Assembly: GCF_964355755.1 (NCBI RefSeq)
Contig: NC_092673.1
Location: forward strand, 10,760,948 to 10,824,947
Source of the DNA: Antedon mediterranea
Lineage: Eukaryota > Animalia > Echinodermata
Direction of reading: 5' to 3'
Length of the DNA: 64,000 bases
Part shown: piece after piece, positions 11,869-25,059 of the stretch
Layout: each line of letters begins with the position of its first letter
How positions within the stretch are numbered: position 1 is the stretch's first letter
Notes under the pieces: model-generated
What the model was told of the DNA's origin: nothing
Databases searched by the model: none
The model's input: only the letters and a program-made list of their open reading frames with translations
Translations under genes and position numbers: made by a program

Positions 11869-14800
11869 TTTCAAAAACAATATTTATTTTCAATTTAAAA
11901 AAAAAAAGAAAAAAAAGATTCCTAGAGGTTCGAATCCACTACTGAGAAAACTCAAACCTTAGCATTACAGGTTACGCCACAAACCAGTAGATGAGTGAAG
12001 GGCTGATAATAGTCATGAATGAATGATCCATCAATGTAAAATGATGTTATGCAACTTTGTTTCTGATTTTAAAAAAGGTCCACTTGGTTAGGCTTGACAT
12101 TTAAAACCATAAAAATATCTCACTTTCAAAAACAATATTTATTTTCAAATAAAAAAAAAAGAAAAAAAATACCCGTATAGGTTCGAACCCACTACTGAGA
12201 GCACTCAAACCGGAGCATTACCCGTTACGCCACAAACCAGTAGATGACTGAGGAGCTGATAATAGTCTATATATATGAAATGAATGATCAATCAATGAAA
12301 AATAATGCCATGCAACTTTGTTTCTGATTTTAAAAAAGGTCCACTTGTTTTGGCCTGACATTTACAACCCTCAAAATATCTCACTTTCAAAAACCATCTT
12401 TATTTTCAATTTAAAAAAAAAAAAAAAATATCCCTAGAGGTTCGACCCACTGCTCAGAACACTCAAACCTGAGCATTACCCGTTACGCCACAAACCAGTA
12501 GATAACTGAAGAGCTGATAATAGTCTATTTATATGAAATGAATGATCAATCAATGAAAAATAATGCCATGCAACTTTGTTTCTGATTTTAAAAAAGGTCC
12601 ACTTGTTTAGGCCTGACATTTACAACACTCAAAATATCTCACTTTCAAAAACAATATTTATTTTCAATTAAAAAAAAGAAAGAAAAAAAATATTCGTAGA
12701 GGTTCGAACACACTACTGCGAGAACTCAAACCTGAGCACTACCGGTTACGCCACAAACCAATAGATGAGTGAAGAGCTGATAATAGTCTATTTATATGAA
12801 ATGAATGATCCATCAATGTAAAATGATGTTATGTAACTTTGTTTCTGATTTAAAAAAAGGTCCACTTGGTTAGGCTTGACATTTAAAACCATAAAAATAT
12901 CTCACTTTCAAAAACAATATTTATTTTCAAATAAAAAAAAAGAAAAAAAATATTCCTAGAGGTTCGTACCCACTACTAAGGGAACTCAAACCTGAGCATT
13001 ACCGGTTACGCCACAAACCAGTAGATGAGTGAAGAGCTGATAATAGTCTATTTATATGAAATGAATGATCCATAAATGTAAAATGATGTTATGCAACTTT
13101 GTTTCTGATTTAAAAAAAGGTCCACTTGGTTAGCCTTGACATTTAAAACCATAAAAATATCTCAATTTCAAAAACAATATTTATTTTCAAATAAAAAAAA
13201 AAAGAAAAAAAATATCCCTAGAAGTTCGAACCCACTATTGAAATCACTCAAACCTGAGCATTACCAGTTACGCCGCAAACCAGTATATGACTGAAGAGCT
13301 GATAATAGTCTATTTATATGAAATAGATGATCAATCAATGAAAAATAATGCCATGCAACTTTGTTTCTGATTTCAAAAAAGGTTCACTTGTTTAGGCCTG
13401 ACAGTTGCAACCCTCAAAATATTTCACTTTCAAAAATAATATTTATTTTGAATTAAAAAAAAAGAAACAAAATACCCGTATAGGTTCAAACCCACTACTG
13501 AGAGCACTCAAACCTGAGCACTACCCGTTTCGCCACAAACCAGTAGATGACTGAGGAGCTGATAATAGTCTATATATATGAAATGAATGATCAATCAATG
13601 AAAAATAATGCCATGCAACTTTGTTTCTGATTTTAAAAAAGGTTCACTTGTTTAGGCCTGACAGTTGCAACCCTCAAAATATCTCACTTTCAAAAACAAT
13701 ATTTATTTTCAATTAAGAAAAAAATAAAAAAAATACCCGTATAGGTTCGAACCCACTACTGAGAGCACTCAAACCAGAGCATTACCCGTTACGCCACAAA
13801 CCAGTAGATGACTGAGGAGCTGATAATAGTCTATATATATGAAATAAATGATCAATCAATGAAAAATAATGCCATCCAACTTTGTTTCTGATTTTAAAAA
13901 AGGTCCACTTGTTTAGGCCTGACATTTACAACCCTCAAAATATCTCACTTTCAAAAACCATATTTATTTTCAATTTAAAAAAAAAAGAAAAAAAATATCC
14001 CTAGAGGTGCGACCCACTACTTAGAGCACTCAAACCTGAGCATTACCCGTTACGCCACAAACCAGTAGATGACTGAAGAGCTGATAATAGTCTATTTATA
14101 TGGAATGAATGATCAATCAATGAAAAATAATGCCATGTAAATTTGTTTCTGATTTTAAAAAAGATCCATTTCTTTAGGCCTGACATTCACAACCCTAAAA
14201 AATATCTCATTTAAAAAAAAAAAAATTATTTTCAATAAGAAAAAAAAAGCAATATCCCTAGAGGTTGGAACCCGCTACTGATAGCACTCCAACCTGAGTA
14301 TTACCCGTTACGCCACAAACCAGTAGATAACTGAAGAGCTGATAATAGTCTATTTATATGAAATTAATGATCAATCAATGAAAAATAATGCCATGCAACT
14401 TTGTTTCTGATTTAAAAAAATTTTCATTTGTTTAGGCCTGACATTTACAACCCTCAAAATATCTCACTTTCAAAAAAAAATATTTATTTTCAATTTAAAA
14501 AAAAAGAAAACAAATATCCCTAGAGGTTCGAACCCACTACTGCGAGCACTCAAACTTGAGCATTACCCGTTACGCCTCAAACCAGTAGATGACTGAAGAG
14601 CTGATAATACTCTATTTATATGAAATGAATAATAAATCAATGAAAAATAATGCCATGCAACTTTGTTTCTGATTTTAAAAAAGGTCCACTTGTTTAGGCC
14701 TGACATTTACAACACTCAAAATATCTCACTTTCAAAAACAATATTTATTTTCAATTAAAAAAAAAGAAAGAAAAAAAATATTCGTAGAGGTTCGAACACA

Positions 14801-17720
14801 CTACTGCGAGAACTCAAACCTGAGCACTACCGGTTACGCCACAAACCAATAGATGAGTGAAGAGCTGATAATAGTCTATTTATATGAAATGAATGATCCA
14901 TCAATGTAAAATGATGTTATGTAACTTTGTTTCTGATTTAAAAAAAGGTCCACTTGGTTAGGCTTGACATTTAAAACCATAAAAATATCTCAATTTCAAA
15001 AACAATATTTATTTTCAAATAAAAAAAAAAAGAAAAAAAATATCCCTAGAAGTTCGAACCCACTATTGAAATCACTCAAACCTGAGCATTACCAGTTACG
15101 CCGCAAACCAGTATATGACTGAAGAGCTGATAATAGTCTATTTATATGAAATAGATGATCAATCAATGAAAAATAATGCCATGCAACTTTGTTTCTGATT
15201 TCAAAAAAGGTTCACTTGTTTAGGCCTGACAGTTGCAACCCTCAAAATATTTCACTTTCAAAAATAATATTTATTTTGAATTAAAAAAAAAGAAACAAAA
15301 TACCCGTATAGGTTCAAACCCACTACTGAGAGCACTCAAACCTGAGCACTACCCGTTTCGCCACAAACCAGTAGATGACTGAGGAGCTGATAATAGTCTA
15401 TATATATGAAATGAATGATCAATCAATGAAAAATAATGCCATGCAACTTTGTTTCTGATTTTAAAAAAGGTTCACTTGTTTAGGCCTGACAGTTGCAACC
15501 CTCAAAATATCTCACTTTCAAAAACAATATTTATTTTCAATTAAGAAAAAAATAAAAAAAATACCCGTATAGGTTCGAACCCACTACTGAGAGCACTCAA
15601 ACCAGAGCATTACCCGTTACGCCACAAACCAGTAGATGACTGAGGAGCTGATAATAGTCTATATATATGAAATAAATGATCAATCAATGAAAAATAATGC
15701 CATCCAACTTTGTTTCTGATTTTAAAAAAGGTCCACTTGTTTAGGCCTGACATTTACAACCCTCAAAATATCTCACTTTCAAAAACCATATTTATTTTCA
15801 ATTTAAAAAAAAAAGAAAAAAAATATCCCTAGAGGTGCGACCCACTACTTAGAGCACTCAAACCTGAGCATTACCCGTTACGCCACAAACCAGTAGATGA
15901 CTGAAGAGCTGATAATAGTCTATTTATATGGAATGAATGATCAATCAATGAAAAATAATGCCATGTAAATTTGTTTCTGATTTTAAAAAAGATCCATTTC
16001 TTTAGGCCTGACATTCACAACCCTAAAAAATATCTCATTTAAAAAAAAAAAAATTATTTTCAATAAGAAAAAAAAAGCAATATCCCTAGAGGTTGGAACC
16101 CGCTACTGATAGCACTCCAACCTGAGTATTACCCGTTACGCCACAAACCAGTAGATAACTGAAGAGCTGATAATAGTCTATTTATATGAAATTAATGATC
16201 AATCAATGAAAAATAATGCCATGCAACTTTGTTTCTGATTTAAAAAAATTTTCATTTGTTTAGGCCTGACATTTACAACCCTCAAAATATCTCACTTTCA
16301 AAAAAAAATATTTATTTTCAATTTAAAAAAAAAGAAAACAAATATCCCTAGAGGTTCGAACCCACTACTGCGAGCACTCAAACTTGAGCATTACCCGTTA
16401 CGCCTCAAACCAGTAGATGACTGAAGAGCTGATAATACTCTATTTATATGAAATGAATAATAAATCAATGAAAAATAATGCCATGCAACTTTGTTTCTGA
16501 TTTTAAAAAAGGTTAATTTGTTTAGGCCTGACATTTACAACCCTCAAAATATCTCATTTTCAAAAAAAATATTTATTTTCAATTAAAAAAAAGAAGAAAA
16601 GAAATATCCATAGAGGTTCGAACCCACTACTGCGAGCACTCAAACTTGAGCATTACCCGTTACGCCTCAAACCAGTAGATGACTGAAGAGCTGATATATA
16701 ATAGTCTATTTATATGAACTTAATAATAAATCAATGAAAAATAATGCCATGCAACTTTGTTTCTGATTTTAAAAAAGGTTCATTTGTTTAGGCCTGACAT
16801 TTACAACCTTCAAAATATCTCACTTTCAAAAAAAATATTTATTTTCAATTAAAAAAAAAAAGAAAAGAAATATCCCTAGAGATTCGAACTCACTACTGCG
16901 AGCACTCAAACTTGAGCATTACCCGTTACGCCACAAACCAGTAGATGACTGAGGAGCTGATAATAGTCTATTTATATGAAATGAATAATAAATCAATGAA
17001 AAATAATGCCATGCAACTTTGATTCTGATTTTTAAAAAAGGTTCACTTGTTTAGGCCTGACATTTACAACCCTCAAAATATCTCACTTTCAAAAACAATA
17101 TTTATTTTCAAATAAAAAAAAATGTCCTTACAGGTTCGAACCCACTACTGCGAGCACTCAAACTTGAGCATTACCCGTTACCCCTCAAACCAGTAGATGA
17201 CTGAAGAGCTGATAATACTCTATTTATATGAAATGAATAATAAATCAATGAAAAATAATGCCATGCAACTTTGTTTCTGATTTTTAAAAAGGTTCACTTG
17301 TTTAGGCCTGGCATTTACAACCCTCAAAATATCTCACTTTCAAAAACAATATATATTTTCAATAAAAAAAAAAAAAGAAAAAAAGTTCCCGTAGAGTTTC
17401 GAACCCACTACTGAGAGCACTCAAACCTGAGTATTACCCGTTACGCCACAAACCAGTAGATGACTGAAGAGCTGATAATAGTCTATTTATATGAAAAGAA
17501 TGATCAATCATTTTCTGATTTTAAAAAAAGGTCCACTTGTTTAGGCCTGACATTTACAACCCTCAAAATATCTCACGTTCAAAAACAATATTTATTTTCA
17601 AATAAAAAAAAAAATATCCTTATAGGTTCGAACCCACTACTGGGAGCACTCAAAACTGAGCATTACCCGTTATGCCATAAAGTAGTACACGACAGAACAG
17701 TTTATAATAGTCTATTTATA
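11869..17720 (-). repeat. sat261 array, about 22 monomers with higher-order structure
   Basis: Continuous ~261-bp periodicity; diagnostic variants recur at a 1828-bp offset (13213/15041, 14521/16349). Confidence 0.95.
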
Positions 17721-17782
17721 AGTGTATTACGTAATTCATAATTACGTCATAAATATCATATTCACCTTGTTAAAACCAAAAT

Positions 17783-17855
17783 GGCCAGTTAGCTCAGACG
17801 ACTGAGCGTCGTGTTGACAACACGTATGTCGTGGGTTCGATTCCCACGCTGGTAG
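17783..17855 (+). tRNA. tRNA-like cloverleaf with GAC in the anticodon position; probably a pseudo-tRNA or SINE head derived from tRNA-Ile; element continues to 18030
   Basis: Acceptor GGCCAGT/GCTGGTA, D stem GCTC/GAGC, anticodon arm CGTG-TTGACAA-CACG (GAC at 17816-17818), T arm GTGGG-TTCGATT-CCCAC, 73 nt. The D loop lacks the invariant GG. Confidence 0.6.
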
Positions 17856-18361
17856 GTGGAATAGAGTTAAAGGTATGCGACCAACTGTGTTTGGGGTTCA
17901 CAGAATTTACGTCCTCCTTTCCACCACACATCTTGAGAAGGCACTAGCAATGCATCTGGTGATGATGTGGTGGAAACGACCCCAAGATTGTGGCAGGGCC
18001 TTAGTGCTGAGGCAGGGAGAGCACATTTTTAATTTTTTTTTTTGGCTTTCGCTGCATGTATTTGATCTCGTAAATTTTATGTTTAGCGCCCTCAATTTAA
18101 TGTAAAAAGAAATTAATTTATCTTCGTTACGTACCTAATCATTTTTTCAGGGGACAATATATCTTTAAGATAATAATAGTCATTGCAGAAATATTAATTA
18201 TTTGAAAAAAAAATTTTAAAGAACTGACTACAAAAGATTGCTCACGTTAGTTTTATTATAACAGTTATCCACCCTGCGAAACCTAATAACCTTTAACCTA
18301 CAGTAGTAAGTAGGCCAGGTAGCCTACGTTGGCTAGGTTCAAGACTGATTGCCCATAAAAA

Positions 18362-18595
18362 ATTCGATGTATAAATATCAACACCCCAGACAGTGTAATA
18401 ATGACCTTTCCAGACCGAAAACCATTCTGGTTTGACTGAGGATCTGGGCTTCTCCAAGATTACGCAAGTTGTCTAGGACCTCTTCAGGTAAAGCTTCAAT
18501 AATGGGGCTATTCGATTCGATTCGAACATTCGATGTATAAATATCAACACCCCAGACAGTGTAATAATGACCTTTCTAGACCGAAAACCATTCTG
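18362..18595 (+). repeat. 68-bp direct repeat pair (18362-18429 and 18528-18595)
   Basis: ATTCGATGTATAAATATCAACACCCCAGACAG...CCATTCTG present twice with one mismatch. Confidence 0.85.
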
Positions 18596-19747
18596 CCCGA
18601 AATTACGATACTCTCTCGATACAATTCCATATTTTATTAGTGGAAAATGCATTTATTTAACATCAATCTTATCAAGCCACCCAAAAACTGAATACGTACA
18701 TTAAAAGTACAAAGAACAATGTAAACCTATAAACAATTATTTGCAATTACCAATGTATAATCAATAAAATCAACGATGGAGAAGGTGGAAAGGTTATATA
18801 CACTGCCATGGGAATGGATACTTGAGAGGCGCCATATGTCAGTTGTGTGAACACCCATATAACTTTTTGGTCAAAGTTGAATTATATCTTTCGAGGGTGT
18901 AAATATATAATAATATGCAACCGAGAGTAAAAATAATAGTTAAACGTAAATTTGAAATTAAATTTAACTTTTTAACGACAATTTGCAATATCATAATCTA
19001 TGGCGTACCAAACTGTCATTTATTTAGGCAACTAAAATATCTTAGTTTTTAATAGATGTAGTTAGTTTACAATATAGATCTTATGTTCCAATAGAGATAT
19101 ATCCCTGTTTATAACCAAGATATCTTTTCAATAAAGATATCTCTATTATTCCAATTAGAGACAATTAATATAATATGTCTTAAGAGATATAATCATAGTT
19201 TTGTTCCCTTGAGTTAGGCCTATTAGCAATTTAGTATTCCTATCAAATAAACTTGGTAGCCTATATAGACGAAGAAATTCCCATAAGAATAAATAGGCCT
19301 ATACTAACTACTATATTAAAATAAATGTATTAACTAAAATCACTTCATTACCTCAACTTATCAGATGTTTTCTTAAATAGTGTTGTCATTTTTTTAATCA
19401 ATATTATCGGTATCGATATAAATCTTCAACCATCTTTAATATTTATTACCAAAATTGGTAGGCATATAGGGCTACGTGTTCCGTTTTTCTGAATCGGAAT
19501 TAATTTTAAGTGTACAATAATATTGTTATACGTCAGTTGCTTAATTAGTTTGCTTTTACTCACGGTAGATAAATTAATTTCCTTTACCTATTAACAATTT
19601 GTTGGCACCGGTGTAGAGGAGGTTGTAAAATGATATTCGCGCGCTGTTTGATCGTAGGCCTATAACTGTCAATCTTCGAGTTTCCAATAACAGCCTTCTA
19701 ATTTAAATGTTGAAACGTTTTGTCCCACGCTTGAGTAGGCTCGGCTA

Positions 19748-20228
19748 ACAAAATTCATTTTGTCACGACAAAACGAATTTTGTTGCAACAAAACGAATTG
19801 TGTCTAACAGAATGAATTTTGTCTACACAGAATGAATTTTGTCTACACAGAATACATTTTGTACAAAATGAATTTTGTCCACACAGAATTAATTTTGTCT
19901 ACACAGAATTAATTTTGTCTACACAAAATGAATTTTGTCGTTACAGAATGAATTTTGTCGCCACAAAATGAATTTTGTCGTTACAGGATGAATTTTGTCT
20001 ACACAGAATGAATTTTGTTTACACAGAATTAATTTTGTCGAGACAAAATGAATTTTGTCAAGACAAAATTAATTTTGTCAACACAGAATAAATTTTGTCA
20101 ACACAAAATGAATTTTGTCAATTCAAAATGAATTTTGTGTTGACAAAATGAATTTTGTATTGACAAAATGAATTTTGTATTGACAAAATGAATTTTGTGT
20201 AGACAAAATTGTAATATTTCGACAAAAT
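19748..20228 (+). repeat. 20-bp quasi-palindromic minisatellite (GACAAAATGAATTTTGTC-NN), about 24 units
   Basis: ACAGAATGAATTTTGTCTAC / ACAAAATGAATTTTGTC repeats with 20-bp period. Confidence 0.92.
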
Positions 20229-20334
20229 TAGCAATGTCCCATACAGCGCCCCGTACTAAATCACTTGGATCTAGCAATGGGTTCTGTAATAAAAAGTGTA
20301 CTTTCCTTTTATATGAGTTCCTTGTTTATCACTA

Positions 20335-23300
20335 ACTAACCTTTCAGAAACGAGAACTAGCCAGCGATGCAGCTAAATACAAGCTTGACATTCTCGGGGT
20401 CCAATCGCACCACCTGGCGGGTAGCGATGTCATTCAAATCAGGCCTGACGATAACAAAGGCAGATATGATTTCTTCTACACTGGACCCGCAAACAACACA
20501 AGACATGGCGTTGGAATTCTAGTTGAGAGCAGTTTTAAAGCAGAATTTAAGGAAATATCGGAGAGAGTAATTACAGCCCGAATCAACATAGAAAGTAGAG
20601 GAGGTAAGCCTTGGTCGAGGCGTAGGCCAAAACCCAGGAATGTACTTTTCGTATGCGCATATGCACCTACTTTAGAACATAGTGAACAACAACCTTGGGA
20701 TAGAGATAGGTTCTATGACGAAGTACAAGAAGCATTAAATGAAGCAAAAAACAGAGATATCCTAATATTAGCTGGAGATATGAATGCAAAAACGGGGGAC
20801 AGCCATCATGATTACCTACAATGTGTCGGAAGATATGGTAAAGGAAAAACGAACAATAATGGAACTCAGCTAGTTGAATGTGCACTAAGAAATAATCTAT
20901 TACTAACAAATACCATGTTTAAACATAAGATGTCACATAGGACTACGTGGGAATGCCCGCAGAGACGCGATCAGCATAACGATCAGAAGAGTGGAGAGAT
21001 CAGACGCAACCCCTACAGAAACCAGATCGATTACATTCTAGTTAAGAATTCACACATGAAGCTAGTCACTAACGCAAGAGCATACAGTGGTACGAGAACA
21101 TACACTGATCATAGATTAGTCAAGACAACTTTAACACTACAATGGTATAAATTAAATAGTAACGCTAAGAAAACCAAACAAATAGATGTGTCAAAACTTC
21201 AAGCACAACAAAACAGACAAACATATCAAAGAGAGGTATCGAGATGTATACAATCTGTAAACATCCAGGACCTGGAACCACAAGAGAAATGGACCAAATT
21301 AACGACAGTCTTTCAGAATGTAGCATTGGAAGTGGTTGGTTACAGGAAAGCAAAGTCTAAATCAAACAATAAATATATACAAGAGTTATCGAAGAAGCAG
21401 AAACAGTTGAGGTGCGACATAAATTCATCAAATGACAAATCTAAGAAAACAAAACTTAGAAAAGAAAGAAATCAAATCATAAAGAATATTCATACTGAAC
21501 TTAATAAAGAAAAAGAAGACACACTAAAAGAAAAGATAGCTGAAATTGAAAAATTCAAAGATGACTCAACAAGAATATACCAAGCAGTAAAAAACCTAAA
21601 ACTTAACGAAAATAAAAGACTTGTGGTAGAAACAGAGTTCGGTATAACAACAAACGAAGAAGAGCAGGTAGAAATAATTAGCAATTTCTTTGAAAACGTC
21701 TATCACAAATCACAAGAAAAACCTATAAACGAAAACATTAAACCTATTGAAATGAAGTCTCCCTTTACAGGTGATGAAGTTGCCAAAGCAGCGAAATGCT
21801 TAAAAAATAATAAAAGCCCAGGAAGTGACCAAGTATACTCTGAAATGGTAAAATATGCACCTATAGAAGTTTTTAACCACATAGCAGAAATATATAACCA
21901 AACAGCTAAAACAGGAAACATACCTAAAGAAATCAACGAAGGCATATTGCATCCAATACCGAAACCAGGCAAGAAAAAAGGTCCACCAAAAAACATCCGA
22001 CCCATCATCCTACTGTCGGTTCTTAGGAAAATGCTAGCAATATGCTTACTAAATAGGATAAATGACAGATTAGATGAACATGTCCCTGTAACACAGGCCG
22101 CGTATCGCAGAGGACGAAGCACTACCGAACATGTACATACATGCAAAATGTTAGCAGAAAAGGCAATTGCGTCATCTAACTACGAAATAATATTACTACT
22201 ACTTGACATGACCAGTGCATTTGACACGGTGCGGAGGAATACTCTATTCGACATACTGACACATATATTACAAGATGATGAACTACACATGTTGAAAGTT
22301 TTGATAAACAATGTAAAATTAAGCGTTCGAATTGGAAAACAGACAGGAAAATTGTTTACTACTACACTAGGAGTACCACAAGGTGACTGTATGTCTCCAA
22401 TACTGTTCACACTATACCTAGCAAAGGCACTCAAATCAGCAAACACAACACCACTACCCCTACAACAGCTTAATATCCAGATGCAGTATGCAGATGACAT
22501 TTCATTTATTAGCGACTCAAAAGAACACATAACTAAAATAAAGAAAAATGTAACAGAGAAATTAGCAGAATTCAATCTAAAGATAAACGAAAGTAAAACA
22601 GAAGAATACCTAATAGGAAGAAACACCGATAGTAAATGGGAAGAGTGCAAATACCTCGGTAGTAACTTGGACACAGAAAAAGACATTAAAAGAAGAAAAT
22701 CACTAGCAGCTATGGCATATAACAAGCTGAAGCCGTCGCTAGAACACAACACGATGTCTATAGACGTGAAATCCCGTTTGTTTGACGCATACATAGCAAG
22801 TATTTTCTTATATAACAGTGAACTCTGGGTACTAAACAAAAAATTACAAGAGAGTATAGATATATATCACAGGAAAATGTTGCGAAAGATGATAGATATT
22901 AAATTAACAGATAGAGTGTGTAACACGAAAATATACGAGATAACAAAACAAGAAGAATGGAGTAAAAGAATTAAACGAAGGAGACTAAAATGTAACAGAG
23001 AAATTAGCAGAATTCAATCTAAAGATAAACGAAAGTAAAACAGAAGAATACCTAATAGGAAGAAACACCGATAGTAAATGGGAAGAGTGCAAATACCTCG
23101 GTAGTAACTTGGACACAGAAAAAGACATTAAAAGAAGAAAATCACTAGCAGCTATGGCATATAACAAGCTGAAGCCGTCGCTAGAACACAACACGATGTC
23201 TATAGACGTGAAATCCCGTTTGTTTGACGCATACATAGCAAGTATTTTCTTATATAACAGTGAACTCTGGGTACTAAACAAAAAATTACAAGAGAGTATA

Positions 23301-23678
23301 GATATATATCACAGGAAAATGTTGCGAAAGATGATAGATATTAAATTAACAGACAGAGTGTGTAACACGAAAATATACGAGATAACAAAACAAGAAGAAT
23401 GGAGTAAAAGAATTAAACGAAGGAGACTAAAATGGTATGGACACATAATTAGATTACCGGATGATACCCCAATCAAACAAACAATGAAGGAAACTAACAG
23501 GAAAGTAAAACGACCCGTAGGAAGACCAAGAAATAACTGGATGAATCAAATAAAGAAAGACTTACAAGGACTAGTAGACACTAACACAATAACAAACCAT
23601 CCTGCCATAAACAGAAAAAAATGGAAACAAATTGTGGAAAGCGTAATGTCGGAAGACGAAAAACGTTAGCAACAACAA
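20335..23678 (+). mobile_element. 5'-truncated RTE-clade LINE with 12-bp TSD and (CAA)3 tail
   Basis: TSD TGTTTATCACTA at 20323-20334 and 23679-23690. The empty site is visible in the other arm (about 36380-36410, minus strand). Single EN-RT ORF; tail CAACAACAA directly follows the stop. Confidence 0.93.
20336..23669 (+). pseudogene. RTE endonuclease-reverse transcriptase ORF, 5'-truncated and frameshifted by a 442-bp internal duplication
   Basis: Frame open from 20336: LDILGVQS, HGVGI, AYAPT, GDMNAK, NQIDY, TDHR, KSPGSD, RPIILL, SAFD, GVPQGD, YADD, KYLG; C-terminal RRRLKWYGHI and KRPVGRP..W typical of RTE. Confidence 0.92.
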
Positions 23679-23812
23679 TGTTTATCACTATGAGTTCAAC
23701 ACCAAATAAAAGTCCAAATATTGTCAAATAATAACAACAATTAAGAGATATCTTTCAAGTAGCGTACTGGTTGCGCTTCATTGTTCCTAGATTGCATTAA
23801 CCAAATTTCTTC

Positions 23813-25059
23813 GATCTATCTCTCTCTCGCTGATCTATCTCTCTCTCTCGCTGATCTATCTCTCTCTCGCTGATCTATCTCTCTCTCGCTGATCTATCTC
23901 TCTCTCGCTGATCTATCTCTCTCTCGCTGATCTATCTCTCTCTCGCTGATCTATCTCTCTCTCGCTGATCTATCTCTCTCTCGCTGATCTATCTGTCTCT
24001 CGCTGATCTATCTCTCTCTCGCTGATCTATCTCTCTCTCTCGCTGATCTATCTCTCTCTCTCTCTCTCTGTCGCTGATCTATCTCTCTCTCTCTCGCTGA
24101 TCTATCTCTCTCTCTCGCTGATATAGCTCTCTCTCGCTGATCTCCCTCTCTCTCTCTGATCTATCTCTCTCTCTCTCCCGCTGATCTATCTCTCTCTCTC
24201 TCTCGCTGATCTATCTCTCTCTCTCGCTGATCTCTCTCTCTCTCGCTGATCTATCACTCTCTCGCTGATCTATCTCTCTCTCGCTGATCTATCTCTCTCT
24301 CGCTGATCTATCTCTCTCTCGCTGATCTATCTCTCTCTCTTGCTGATCTATCTCTCTTGCTGATCTATCTCTCTCTCGCTTATCTATCTGTCTCTCGCTG
24401 ATCTATCTCTCTCTCGCTGATCTATCTCTCTCTCGCTGATCTATCTGTCTCTCGCTGATCTATCTCTCTCTCGCTGATCTATCTCTCTCTCTCGCTGATC
24501 TATCTCTCTCTCTCTCTCTCTGTCGCTGATCTATCTCTCTCTCTCTCGCTGATCTATCTCTCTCTCTCGCTGATATAGCTCTCTCTCGCTGATCTCCCTC
24601 TCTCTCTCTGATCTATCTCTCTCTCTCTCCCGCTGATCTATCTCTCTCTCTCTCTCGCTGATCTATCTCTCTCTCTCGCTGATCTCTCTCTCTCTCGCTG
24701 ATCTATCACTCTCTCGCTGATCTATCTCTCTCTCGCTGATCTATCTCTCTCTCGCTGATCTATCTCTCTCTCGCTGATCTATCTCTCTCTCTTGCTGATC
24801 TATCTCTCTTGCTGATCTATCTCTCTCTCGCTTATCTATCTGTCTCTCGCTGATCTATCTCTCTCTCGCTGATCTATCTCTCTCTCTCGCTGATCTATCT
24901 CTCTCTCTCTCTCTGTCGCTGATCTATCTCTCTCTCTCTCGCTGATCTATCTCTCTCTCTCTCGCTGATATATCTCTCTCTCGCTGATCTATCTATCTCT
25001 CTCTCGCTGATCTATCTATCTCTCTCTCGCTGATCTATCTCTCTTTCGCTGATCTATCT
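23813..25059 (+). repeat. Compound microsatellite [GCTGATCTA(TC)n], ~19-bp base unit
   Basis: Direct reading; includes a 452-bp internal duplication (ATATAGCT at 24121 and 24573). Confidence 0.97.

Larger units (their letters stand above)
17700..25059 (+). repeat. Left arm (non-sat261 part) of a large inverted duplication
   Basis: 17700-18510 is the reverse complement of about 45487-46260; 18510-19020 of 42209-42721; 19020-20334 plus 23691-23800 of 36293-37833. Confidence 0.93.

Noticed and set aside
17783-17855. Functional tRNA-Val(GAC) gene
   Set aside because: D-loop GG missing, terminal acceptor mismatch in this copy, other copies damaged, and no terminator until ~170 nt downstream. Kept only as tRNA-like.
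19748-20228. CRISPR-like array of palindromic repeats
   Set aside because: Units are contiguous with no unique spacers, no cas genes are present, and the context is eukaryotic.
21703-23281. Minus-strand ORFs of 98-219 aa
   Set aside because: Antisense shadows of the A-rich RTE ORF with no independent motifs; the same applies to 1969-2307 and 38178-38552.
23813-25059. Telomeric repeat
   Set aside because: Variable-length (TC)n unit unlike telomerase products, and it occurs internally in both orientations.
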